DNA from: Azolla caroliniana
Taxonomy: Eukaryota > Plantae > Polypodiophyta
NCBI GenBank assembly: GCA_043228905.1
Contig: JBHGNT010000966.1
Coordinates: 1-13,301, forward strand
Length of the DNA: 13,301 nt
Reading direction: 5' to 3'
This document shows, piece after piece, positions 1 through 10,030 of the stretch. The notes under the pieces were generated by a model. The model did not search any database. It saw only the letters and a list, made by a program, of their open reading frames with translations, and was not told where the DNA came from. Position 1 is the first letter of the stretch. Every line of letters begins with the position of its first letter. The translations under genes and the position numbers were made by a program.

Positions 1-60
1 AAGGCATCCAAATCTACAAATGTTCATCTTCCAAAAAGGGAAACTTAACTTTCCTGAAAT

Positions 61-290
61 ATCCCTACATACTTAAATATACGTATACACATACACATCA
101 CATGTACATAGAGACTTATATATACAAACACATTCATTCATTTTATTTATGTGAGAGACTCTTATATACAAACACGTTCATTTATTTTGCAGATTAATAT
201 ATACATAAACATTTACACAAAGATAATACATGTACATATACAAGCATACACATACTTATACAAACAAACATGTACATACACATAAGCTTA
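61..290. repeat. Low-complexity TACA/CATA-rich tract with a diverged ~44-bp tandem duplication
   Basis: Repeated catac/tacac/tatac words. gagacttatatatacaaacacattcatt at 111 recurs as gagactcttatatacaaacacgttcatt at 155. Confidence 0.6.
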
Positions 291-1131
291 ATCATATTTA
301 GCCACATCTACAAGACAATTGCCTAAGTATTCTGATATGCTTAGACATATGTAGCTCCACAAATAAATACTTGTGCATTGCTACAAGCTCCAGACTTCCA
401 AGGGCACTTGTCTCTCTATCATTTATCACTATCAATGACTTGACTTCAAATTTTCTCTCTGATACCTAATGTCCTCATTAAGACTCTTGTAACATTTATC
501 CATTCAACACAAGCCTATTGTGACTCATTTGAGAAGGAAGGTGTCCCATTCACTCCTATCCTCATCGCCTTTCTTGAATTAGTTTCTTTTCTAATCATTC
601 CCTCTACTTTTGATAATATGATTTCACCTTAGCCATGGAGTTCAAGTATAACCTAGTTCTGCATTAATTTCTTAACATTAAGACATACACAAACTTCCAA
701 AAAATTTGCTCTCTACATTTGCAAAGCACCACAATCTTAGTCTCCAATTGCTTCACAATTTGGAGCCATCAATACAAGTATGTGCCATGTGACTTGTACA
801 TACACTTTCTTCTTTTCTTCTTCATTATGTTCTTTGGTTCCTTTACAGTGCCATTTGATTAGCATGATGTTAACCAATAGGTCCCTCTATCACGTAAGCC
901 AGGACCTTCATAACATCCAAAATTCCCCTCTACCATTTGTATAATATTTGTTATAAGATATTGGTGTTGCCTACATATGTTCTTAACATGAACTCACTTT
1001 TTCGATGTCCATGTTACATTGTACCTTATTTACTATAAATGAGACGTCTTTGTTTCATCTACCCTAACCTTTATTTCATTGTATACCATTAGATTCATGA
1101 AATCAATTTTTTATTTATTACCATGTTCATA

Positions 1132-1150
1132 TGTGTGTGTGTGTGTGTGT
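1132..1150. repeat. (TG)9 microsatellite
   Basis: tgtgtgtgtgtgtgtgtgt read directly. Confidence 0.95.
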
Positions 1151-1269
1151 AAATATTGTAGAAAGTTAATATGTAATATTTGTATTGTCAATTCTATAAA
1201 TGGACAAAGCAAATGCTACTAGACATGGAAAATCTAAGCTTATCACAAAAAAACAATCAGAAAGTGTGA

Positions 1270-1570
1270 GGATAGACTCAATCAACCTTCACAACTTCTA
1301 ATCCAAATGCTAATCGAAACCGTGTTGATCGATTAGTTTTGTAAGTCGTATGACATGCCCATAATGCACTATTCAGCTTCTAATCCTAGTCTATGTGATT
1401 TTTGTTGATGATTTTGCTCAAAATCATTTGAAGCGTTTTATTAGTTGATTTGGCCAATCCATTGGCCTGAGGATAGTAGGGTGTACTCTTCTTATGAACT
1501 ACTACATCATAATTTGTTAATTCATGAATTACTTTATTGATAAAATGATTGCCTTGATCACTAATTAGCT
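1270..1570 (-). pseudogene. Ty3/Gypsy integrase core (rve) remnant
   Basis: Translation LISDQGNHF...STPYYPQANGLAKSTNKTL matches the Gypsy integrase SDxG and P-Q-x-N-G-x-A-E motifs. It continues past a stop as SALWACHTTYKT..FRLAFGLE (cf. LWAYRT..TPF.L.FG). Truncated at 1570. Confidence 0.85.
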
Positions 1571-1676
1571 TGTAAAGAATCATGTACACAGAAGCTTATA
1601 AACAGACACAGGTAAGTAAAAACACAGAGAGGGCAAAATACAATAAGCGAGAGTGGGAGAGATAGGGAGAGAAAAC
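1571..1676 (-). mobile_element. 3' (U5) end fragment of an LTR related to LTR-E
   Basis: Begins tgtaaagaat...gaagcttataaac followed by an AG-rich tract, resembling tgtaaaaaatt...gaagcttatgaac...agagagagag at 9360. The TG falls exactly where integrase similarity stops. Confidence 0.5.
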
Positions 1677-2269
1677 TATTGAGAAATAGGTCCCTATGGA
1701 TGGGTCGAGCACTGTTGTGAAGGAGAACACAAGTCTGATCGGTCGGAGCCGGAAAGATGCAAGTTCGACCGAATGGGTTCGATACGGAACCAGATAGAGT
1801 CTGAATAGGAATCCGAGAAATAAGACACATTTGTAAATAGGTTTTTGTGTTGCGCCTATTCGGGCTAGTTTTGTAAATGGCCCAAACATTATATAAGTAT
1901 AAATATAACTAGGGCAAGCATTATGTTTAGTGAGAAAAATAGTTGTTATTGTGATATCGTGTGTGTAAGGTTGTTACCTTTGCAAAATACATAGCTTGCG
2001 AGAGAGAGAATCAGAGAGAGCATGAGCATCTCTGTTGTAACCACCTGTTTGCGAAATGTGTGAACCCTAGGTCAGTGCATGTGAGTTCATCTTGTACTTT
2101 CCTCTCATAGTGACTTGTTCTATGTTTGTGAAAATCCATGGATTTTTACCTGGTTAAGGGTTTTCCATGTTAACATCTTGCGTACAACGTTTTTGTTTTC
2201 TGTGTTTTGGCTCGTTTTTCATTACGGGCCTACATCTCGGTTGTGATCGAGTCCCATTTTCTTGTCAAA
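1677..2269 (+). mobile_element. 5' LTR of Copia element A (LTR-A)
   Basis: Aligns end to end with the reverse complement of 10031-10627 (~85% by eye). Termini are decayed (TATTG..AAA versus TGTTG..ACA in the other copy). TATA-like tatataagtataaata at 1890-1905. Followed by PBS and gag. Confidence 0.92.
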
Positions 2270-2270
2270 C

Positions 2271-2282
2271 TAGTATAAGAGC
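2271..2282 (+). promoter_or_regulatory. Primer-binding site (tRNA-iMet type, decayed)
   Basis: tagtataagagc versus canonical TGGTATCAGAGC (10/12), 1 nt after the LTR end. Confidence 0.8.
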
Positions 2283-2312
2283 AAGGTTCATTACCGTCAA
2301 GTGAAGGAAAAA

Positions 2313-3827
2313 ATGGAAGATACATTTGGGGCAATGTTCAAGCTAACTGGCTCCAACTACTCAATGTGGAAGTTGAAGATGAGAGACATGTTTGTATGCA
2401 AAGATCTGTCGTTGCTGGTGCAATATGGGAAGTCCAAGCCCGACAAGATCGATGCATCGACTTGGGAAGTCATGCATCTGAAGCTGGCAACATACATAAA
2501 GTGTTTTATAGACACTCTATACAACAACTTTGATGATGAGAACAAGGTATATGTCTTTGGGAGAAGATCGACATTATGTTCAAGAATAAAAATGTCATTA
2601 ACAGAGTCTCAGTCTTTAGGATGATTGTGAAACTCAGGTGCGGAGCATCTGAATGCTTTCAAAGGACTAATCTACCAAACCACATCTCGAGAAGCACCTC
2701 TAGCCAACGAGATACTAGCACTACTATTGCTAGGATCCCTTTCGGACAGTTGGGAGGCACTCATTGTCACACTAGGATTTGCTTGACCGGAAGGGAAGCA
2801 CTTATCCCTAGAGAAGGTGAAATCGAACTTGTTAAACGAGGAAGCTCGTCGGAAGGATAAAGAGGAAATTTGCGACCCGAAGGCCTTAGTCACGGAAGGT
2901 GATGCCAATCAGGGAAGAGGCCGGAATCAAAGTCCCCAAAACCGGGAGAAGTCGGGGACAAGGTCAAAGTCAAGGGGAAGGCCCACATGCTTCTATTATG
3001 GGAAGTCGGGGCACTTCTAGAAGAATTGACGACACTTCCGAAAGGAAAAGGGAGGAGCTGTCAATGTAGATTCGAAGAAGAATCCGGATAAAAAAGGCAC
3101 GTCGATATTAACGACAAGTGAAGAGGAATTGTTGCTCATCAGTGAGCAAAATGAATTGAACATTTTCGACGATGAATCGACATGGGTGGTCGATTTGGGT
3201 GTGTCATTTGACCGAAAGTGCTTCTCATCCTATAAGGTCGGAGACCACGCTCTTGTGAAGATGGGAAATGAAGGAGCATTCCGACTTTTCGGCATAGGGG
3301 ATGTGTTTTTGGTGACATCGACTGGGTGCCGATTAGTGCTGAAGGATGTTTGACACATTCCGGAAGTCCGACTTAACCTAATATCAACAGGTCAACAGGT
3401 AGCATATGGAACGACATCATGAAGTTCAGTAAAGGGAGCTTGATAGTGGCTCGAGCTCGGAAAACCAACAGTTGTATTTGAGGATGGGAGACTTGTTGAT
3501 GATGACCTCATTCCGGAGGTGAAGAATGTGAAACTCGAGAAGTGCATTGATTGTCTAGCCAACGAGCAAAACAGAACCTCTTTCCATATCAAGCCCCCGA
3601 CAAGGAAGAGAATGCCACCAGAACTCATGCATATTGACGTATGCTACGTAGATACCAAGTCACATGCCATCTCACAATATGTTGTGACCTTCATTAATGA
3701 AAGCAGTCGGAAGTTGTGGGCTTCCATATTGAATACGAATGACTAGGTATTGTTGGTCTTTAGAGAGTTCGAAGCAAGAGTTGAACGAGAGAATAGTCGA
3801 CAACTAAACGCAATTCGAGCGGATAAT
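2313..3827 (+). pseudogene. Ty1/Copia gag-protease-integrase (Tnt1-like), frameshifted and 3'-truncated
   Basis: MEDTFGAMFKLTGSNYSMWK; LALLLLGSLSDSWEALIVTL; zinc-knuckle remnant CFYYGKSGHF*KN*; protease WVVDLGVSF (cf. W..DSGAS); integrase CIDCL, ELMHIDVC, SRKLW, IRADN. The order PR-IN is Copia. Multiple stops and indels. Confidence 0.93.
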
Positions 3828-5930
3828 GAACTAGTCAAACTTTGGCCCACTCTTCGGAATATTCGAGAAGTTCGATCATTCCTTGGTTTTGTCGGTTTGT
3901 TGTGAAAATCTCTTCGTAATTACTCCCAATTGACGACACCATTTATTGATCATCTCAAAGGTCAAATAGGTAAGTCTACAAAATCTATTGTGTGGAATGC
4001 TACACTAGAACTCGCCTTTAAGGAACTCAAGGACCTAATGTGCAAGGCTCCTTCGCTTCTTTTACCAGATCCTTCAAAACCTTTTGAGGTTGAAACTGAT
4101 GCAAGAGATTATGCTATAGGTGTTGTCTTATATCAAGATGGTAAACCAATAGCATTCAATAGTAAGAAACTTGATTCTACTTAGTGTCGGTATACCATTC
4201 AAGAAAAGGAATTATTTGCAGTTATTCATGCACTCAAAACATGGCACCATTATCTTTATGGAAATCGTTTTGTGGTAACTATGGACCACGAGTCCTTGAA
4301 ATATTTCTGTGACCAACAAGACCTGAAAGGTCGTAAGGTATGATGGGCAGATCTCATCCGGGACTTTGATTTTTCCATACGATATCGTAAAGGTTCCATG
4401 AACACTGTAGCTGATGTATTAAGCCGCATCCGTGAAGTTAACATGCTTAGCTTCATTGAAATAACATTAGATCTTTATGATCACCTTTGAGGAAAGTATC
4501 CTGATGACAGTTATTTTTCGAAATATTGGGCAAGAGTTGAGTCTGGAACAAACACTACCACATCCTCGAAGGAATCCGTCCACATTGCTAACGGTCTGCT
4601 CTACCATAATGGGAAGGTTTGTGTTCCAAATTTGCCTGAGATCAAAAAGAGAATTCTTTTTGAATGCCATGATGCACCCTCAGCAAGGCACCCTGAAATA
4701 CATCGTACACTCGTTTTCATCTCCAATCAATTCTATTGGCCTAAGATGCGCCCTAACATACATAGTTATGTGACTAAATGTCACCAATGTCAGGTTAACA
4801 AAGCCGAGCAACTTAAAGCCGTTGGACTTTTACATCCCTTGGACATTCCCAATAATAAATGGGAAAGTATATCCATGGATTTTATTGTTAGCATTCCTCG
4901 CACCTAAAAAGTTCATGATGCCATCTGGGTTGTGGTTGATCAACTAACTAAAATGGCCAGATTTATTAGTACTCAAACCACGGTAACAACTCCTGAATTG
5001 GCTTACCAATTCGTTGACGAGTTATTTCGTTTTTATGGGTTACCAATGGATATCGTGAGTGATCGAGATCCAAAGTTTACTAGCGACTTTTGGATGCATG
5101 TCTTTAAGAAGTTAGAAACTACATTGAGCATGAGCTCCACGGATCATCCTCAATCCGATGGACAGATAAAACGAGTAAATCAAATTATTGAGGACATGCA
5201 CCGTGCATATGTTGGTACAAAACCAACAAAATGGGAACGTTATCTCCCAATTTTGGAGTTTGCTTATAATAGCTCCAAGGATACGTCGATGAGATACAAT
5301 CCTTTTATGTTGATGTATGGTTTTCAACCACGAGCCCCGATTGATGTTAATATACATCATGATGAGTTGTGAAGTATGCAAAACTTTCTTTGGGATATGC
5401 AAGATATGTTGCATCTTGCACGAGATAATATAAAAACATCTCAAGATAGAGCGCGTTTTTATACCGATCATAATAGACAATCACATGTATTTAGCTCTAG
5501 ACATAAGGTATTTTTATGTGTACCTCACAAATCTAAGAAATTGTCTACAGGTAAATGGGCTAAGTGAGCCCCACGATTTTGTGGACGTTTTACAGTCCTC
5601 AAACGCATTGGTTCATCAACCCATCGTCTGGCTCTTCCTAATGGCATTGAAATCCATCCAATTTTTCATGTAAGTCGTCTAAAAGAATTTCTAGGTTCTG
5701 GCGACAATACAGTTACAACTGAAACTCTGGTTACTTCTGAAGAATTATCTTCTAAACCACATGTACCAAAAAGAATTCTCGATATTAAAACAAAAAATTT
5801 GCGTTAAAAATTAATCTGAGAATTTAAAATTAAATGGATGGATAAATCTATCAAAGATGCCACATGGGAATGCGAAAATACTCTTAGAACTAACTTCCCT
5901 AACTTTCCATTGCAAGAGTGCAATGTTTTA
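3828..5930 (+). pseudogene. Ty3/Gypsy (chromovirus) pol: RT connection, RNase H, integrase, chromodomain; 5'-truncated
   Basis: WPTLRNIREVRSFLG; FEVETDARDYAIG; QEKELFAVIHALKTWHHYL; DHESLKY; HHCC HDAPSARHP...CHQCQVNK; WESISMDFI; IVSDRDPKFTSDFW; HPQSDGQ; IHPIFHVSRLK. The order RH-IN is Gypsy. Many in-frame stops. Confidence 0.96.
5761..5907 (+). other. Chromodomain at integrase C-terminus
   Basis: VPKRILDIK...EFKIKWMDKSIKDATWE..LRTNFPNF matches the chromovirus chromodomain pattern P..IL....KW......ATWE....FP. Confidence 0.85.
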
Positions 5931-5943
5931 AAGAGGGGGAGTA
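5930..5943 (+). promoter_or_regulatory. Polypurine tract of the Gypsy element
   Basis: aaagagggggagta immediately upstream of LTR-B. Confidence 0.85.
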
Positions 5944-6397
5944 TATTACGGGCATGACCATATAATATCCCGTGGTGAGAATTTACCGTAGTATTCTAAA
6001 CACTTGGATAACGTGTGAGGGTTAAACGAGAGTGTAAACAAGGGAACCATTACTTTTTATCCTCGACATTGAGAAACCCATTAGGCCAAGTGTGAACTTG
6101 CCTGGGGGCCTTAGGTCTGGCTATAAATATGAGGCCTAGCTACCCTCATTTGACACATTATCGACTACGTTGAGACTCTGACATTGTGGTGGGTCAACTC
6201 TTGTAGCGAGCGCTTTAGCACCAAGTACGACTCGACGCCACGACGGTGGTATGGGACGCCAATCGAGGCTCAAGTTTGTCTCGACCCCTTCGCTTGGGGG
6301 TGGTCAGGTGGATCGACACCCTTCTTTCTCTCTCTCCTTTCTTATTTATCTATCTTTTATCCTTATCATATGCTTACTTTAGATCTAAGCTCTAACA
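5944..6397 (+). mobile_element. 3' LTR of the chromovirus (LTR-B)
   Basis: Direct-repeat homolog of 8890-9342. Starts tattac (cf. tgttac), ends ctctaaCA, ctataaat TATA at 6121-6128. Copia RT sequence resumes immediately at 6398. Confidence 0.92.
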
Positions 6398-7948
6398 GTA
6401 TCCAAGAACGAGACATGGGATCTCGTTCCCCACTCACCGCACAAGAAAGCAATTAGCCGCAGATGGATTTACAAGGTGAAGTATAATGTTGACGGTTCCG
6501 TCAACCGCTAAAAAGCTCGACTCATAGCAAAAGGATACACACAAATATATGGAGTCAACTATGAAGAGACCTTTGGCCCAATGGCAAAGATGACGACTGT
6601 GTGGACTATAATTGCACTTGCAATGGCGAAAAGGTGGCACCTCCATCAAATGGACATAAAGAACATCTTTCTTCAAGGAGAATTAGAAGAGGAGGTGTAC
6701 ATGGTACAACCACCCTGCTTTGAATCGAGCATCCATCTAAAAGCAGTTTGCCGACTGAAGAAGCCACTCTACGGCCTCAAGCAAGCACTGCGTGCTTGGC
6801 ACTCGAAGATAACACAATATCTTCATCAAATCGGCTTTAGAATGTCGAAATCCGACAACTCCCTCTACGTACGAAACGACTCTGAAAGCCCGATTGTCAT
6901 CATCCTATATGTAGATGACCTGGTCATTGGAGGTGAAAGTCTAGTCGACATCAACAAGGTCAAGTCCCTCCTCTCTAGCAAATTCGAGATGACGTACATG
7001 AAGGAGGTCCATGGACCATTACTTCCTTGGCATCAAGGTAATTCAAACTCCATCAGACATTATGATCTCTCAACGGCACTACATCCTGAACTTGTTATAC
7101 AAGTACTGAGTGCAAATCTGTGGCAACCCCTCTCGAACGAAACCTCAAACTAGATGTTGACTCCGGCACAGTCGAGTGCGAGCCGACTCAATATCGACAA
7201 TTGATTGGGAGCCTCATCTATCTCACGATCACTTGACCCAACCTCAGCTATATGGTCATCCTCCTTAGCCAATTCATGCAAACTCCGTGAGATATTCATT
7301 TCGATTGTGCTAAGCGAGTGTTACGATATGTGAGTGGAAGGATGGACTATGGAATTCTCTACAGATCGGCCATGCCAATTCGTCTCGAAGGATACACAGA
7401 TGTTGATTAGGCCGGCTAGAGCCAATCAACGATCGACCTCCGGATTTGTATTCTTGCTCGCCAGTAGAGCAATATCTTGGAGTAGTAAGAAGCAGCCTAC
7501 TGTCGCACTTTCCAGCACGGAGACCAAATACAGGTGTGCAATCGTGGCTGCATATGAAGTCGTATGGCTCAAGAGAATATTGAAGGATCTGGGCGTTCCC
7601 ATCAAAGATTCGACTCCCCTTTACTGCGAGAACATGAACAATGTTTATCTGGCTCAAAACCCGATGTTCCACACACGCGCAAAACATATTGAAGTGCACT
7701 ATCACTTCATTCGAGAGCGCGTTTAGGCCGGAGATGTCGACCTTCAACACATCAACACGAATCTTCAAACAACCGACATCTTGACCAAGGTCCTAGGAGC
7801 CGACAAGCTTCGGCAATTCATGTCAGACCTTGGATTGACAATCCTGGACTTGCCAAGCTTGAGGGGGAGTACAAGAGAGAACCGAAGATCGTTTGAACTG
7901 GATACTAGCCGAAGCGGACATCAACCGAAAGGAACCGACCCGAGTTGA
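6398..7948 (+). pseudogene. Ty1/Copia reverse transcriptase-RNase H (element C), 5' part absent
   Basis: KNETWDLV; WIYKVK..DGSVNR*KARLIAKGY; HQMDIKNIFLQGELEEEVYM; LKKPLYGLKQ; LYVDDL; RSTSGFVF; ISWSSKKQPTVALSS; HTRAKHIEVHYHFIRE; SLRGS. Stops and frameshifts present. Confidence 0.96.
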
Positions 7949-7951
7949 GCT

Positions 7952-7961
7952 TGAGGGGGCG
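7952..7961 (+). promoter_or_regulatory. Polypurine tract of Copia element C (second copy at 7860-7869)
   Basis: tgagggggcg directly followed by TGTTGAGA. Confidence 0.85.
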
Positions 7962-8224
7962 TGTTGAGAATCAAGCTCAACCTAACATTGTGTGTGAACA
8001 CACTCTCTGAGAATCTATGAGCACTCAAAGGTCAAGAGTCACATCACTCTCTACACATTAACTATATGTCATAGAATCATATTCTATGACACATAACTAA
8101 TGAGTTCCATATTCCCCATGACTAATGATTCTTCACATTCCCCAAGAGAGAGTGGTTGTTGTAATAAGTTAATGAAGAGAGAGGGTGACCTTATATAAAG
8201 CACCCTCCAACTAGTTGTCCAACT
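7962..8224 (+). mobile_element. 3' LTR of Copia element C (LTR-C); right boundary uncertain, possibly truncated or composite
   Basis: TGTTG start after the PPT; TATA-like ttatataaag at 8191-8200. There is no second copy in the window to fix the end. Confidence 0.6.
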
Positions 8225-8803
8225 ATTCCACGACGCACTTGTGTGGTTGTCTTAGACCATAAGCAGCGATTGCAGGTTGAAGAACGACAATGGTTTCTCC
8301 CTTGTGCAAACAACCGTACGGATCGGTCCATACCTCTGAGCTAGACCACCAAGGCAGATTTGTACCATTTCTTCCTCATTCAATGATACATTGATGCACC
8401 CCAGGGCATTACAGATCTCCTCGATCTTTGTGGTATAGTCGGTCAACATCAGATCCTTCTATTGGATATTCTTGAGCTCTTGGCGAAGTTGCAACTTTCG
8501 AGCCGTGGTACTTGCTTCGAAAATCTTCTTTAGATTTTCCCATGCCTCCTTCGGTGTTTTTGCATCCCAAATATAGCCGAACATTTGATCGTACACACAG
8601 GATGCAAGCTAGTAAAAGACTTTACTTGCTCCCTATTCCCAACCCAGAAAATCCTTGTGTGCCGATTCTGGCGCTATTTCATTTTCTCCCTAGATGTAGC
8701 TCCAATAGCCATGCCCGAGCAGGTGCTAGTGCATCTTGTATTCCCAAGACACGTAGTTACCCAACTTTTATGTCGGTAGAGCACCACCCATTCCTTAGTC
8801 CAT
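8225..8803 (-). pseudogene. Ty1/Copia gag N-terminal part (element E)
   Basis: One frame with several stops: MD*GMGGALPT*KLGNYVSWEYKMH*HLLGHGYWSYI...AKTPKEAWENLKKIF...KLQLRQELKNI...TDYTTKIEEICNALG...NLQSLLMV*DNH. Typical Copia gag (UBN2/Retrotran_gag_2-like) pattern downstream of a PBS. Confidence 0.88.
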
Positions 8804-8889
8804 GTTTCTATTCTTTGTTGTCCGGAACCTTATTGATTACTCTTGTCAGTAAGAGACGTCCCATGCGGAGGATGCTTCTCAACCCTCAC

Positions 8890-9342
8890 TGTTACCTGCA
8901 TATGATCATATCTTGTGGTAAGTGTTACCGTAGTATTCTATACACGTGGATAAAGTGTGAGGGTTAAATGAAAGTGTAAAGAAGGGAAGGATTACTTTTA
9001 ATTCTTGGGATTGGGGTAACCCATTAGGCAAAGTGTGAACTTGCCTGGGAGCCTTAGGTCTGGCTATAAATATGAGGCCTAGCTACCCTCATTTGACACA
9101 TTATCGACTACGTTGAGACTCTGACATTGTGGTGGGTCAACTCTTGTAGCAAGCGCGCCAACACCAGGTACGACTCGACGACACAACAGTGGTATGGGAC
9201 GCCGATCGAGGCTCGAGTCCATCTCAATCCCTTTGTTCGGGGGTGGCCGGGTGGATCGGCACCCTTCTTTCTCTCTTTCCTTTCTTATCTATTTATCGAT
9301 TAAATACTTATCATATGCTTACATTAGTAGGTAGCTCTAATA
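8890..9342 (+). mobile_element. Solo LTR of the chromovirus family (LTR-B) with 5-bp TSD
   Basis: Homologous to 5944-6397; TGTTAC...ctctaaTA. Flanked by ctcac (8885-8889) and ctcat (9343-9347), with no PPT or PBS of its own. Confidence 0.92.
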
Positions 9343-9347
9343 CTCAT

Positions 9348-9359
9348 GTTGTGATACCA
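9348..9359 (-). promoter_or_regulatory. Primer-binding site (tRNA-iMet type) of Copia element E
   Basis: Minus strand tggtatcacaac versus TGGTATCAGAGC (10/12), directly abutting the LTR-terminal CA at 9360. Confidence 0.85.
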
Positions 9360-9915
9360 TGTAAAAAATTAGATATGGAAGCTTATGAACCAATTGTCAG
9401 TTGGTTATCCAAAAGTTGAAATAGAACAGTTTGTTAACACAAAATATAGAGTACAAGGAAAGAGAGAGAGACTGAGAGAGAGCAGACAACAACGAAATTC
9501 TATTACAAAAGACTCACTACACAATACTCACTACATAGTACATCAATAGTGCTCAAATGGACTTTATATATACAAACCCATCTATCAGGGTTGTTATGAA
9601 GTATTGACATGTACTTCAATGCTCATAAAAGAGCCTCTAACACTAACAACCTACATTGGACCTATTTAAAGAAATAGGTCTACAAGGCACGTGTGACGTT
9701 CCGTATGGCTTCCACAACTGCTTCAGATTTGTCATCCGGTCCGGATCCGTCATCTAGATCTGACATCCAGCTTTGTCATCCAAATTTGGTATCCGACTTC
9801 TTTAGCCGGTCCGGTATCCGGTCTGGAAAGTGGGCCAAGCTGACTAGATTAAATCCGGGTTGACCTTCTGGCTTGTCTAGCCGGTCCTGCCCATGTTGAG
9901 CTTGCTCTCTCAACA
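9360..9915 (-). mobile_element. 5' LTR of Copia element E (LTR-E)
   Basis: Minus strand TGTTGAGAGAGCAAGCTCAAC...TTTTACA followed by PBS and gag. TATA-like tatatataaag around 9562-9572 with a CT-rich tract downstream. The start resembles LTR-C. Confidence 0.8.
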
Positions 9916-10030
9916 AAGTACTTGTAAGTACTTCTATCAGCCCACTCTTCAGGGTTTGTATAAAAAGTGCACACTGACCACACTGTATGTACAGAGTGTT
10001 GTTGTTTTCTTGAAACATTTTTGATATGTT

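Noticed and set aside
1561-1889. ORFs 1561-1830 and 1596-1889, similar to ORF 10473-10667
   Set aside because: The similarity is only because both are antisense readings of the two LTR-A copies; there is no evidence of coding.
1677-8224. One Copia element from LTR-A to LTR-C with a nested Gypsy
   Set aside because: LTR-A and LTR-C are unrelated past TGTTGAG, and family A's own RNase H (10640-11158) differs clearly from that of element C.
5944-9342. The two LTR-B copies as the ends of a single element
   Set aside because: The left copy follows a PPT and has no PBS; the right copy has its own TSD and no PPT.
9916-9933. Tandem palindrome aagtactt-gt-aagtactt beside LTR-E
   Set aside because: Short and AT-rich; could be chance or a small duplication, with no supporting context.
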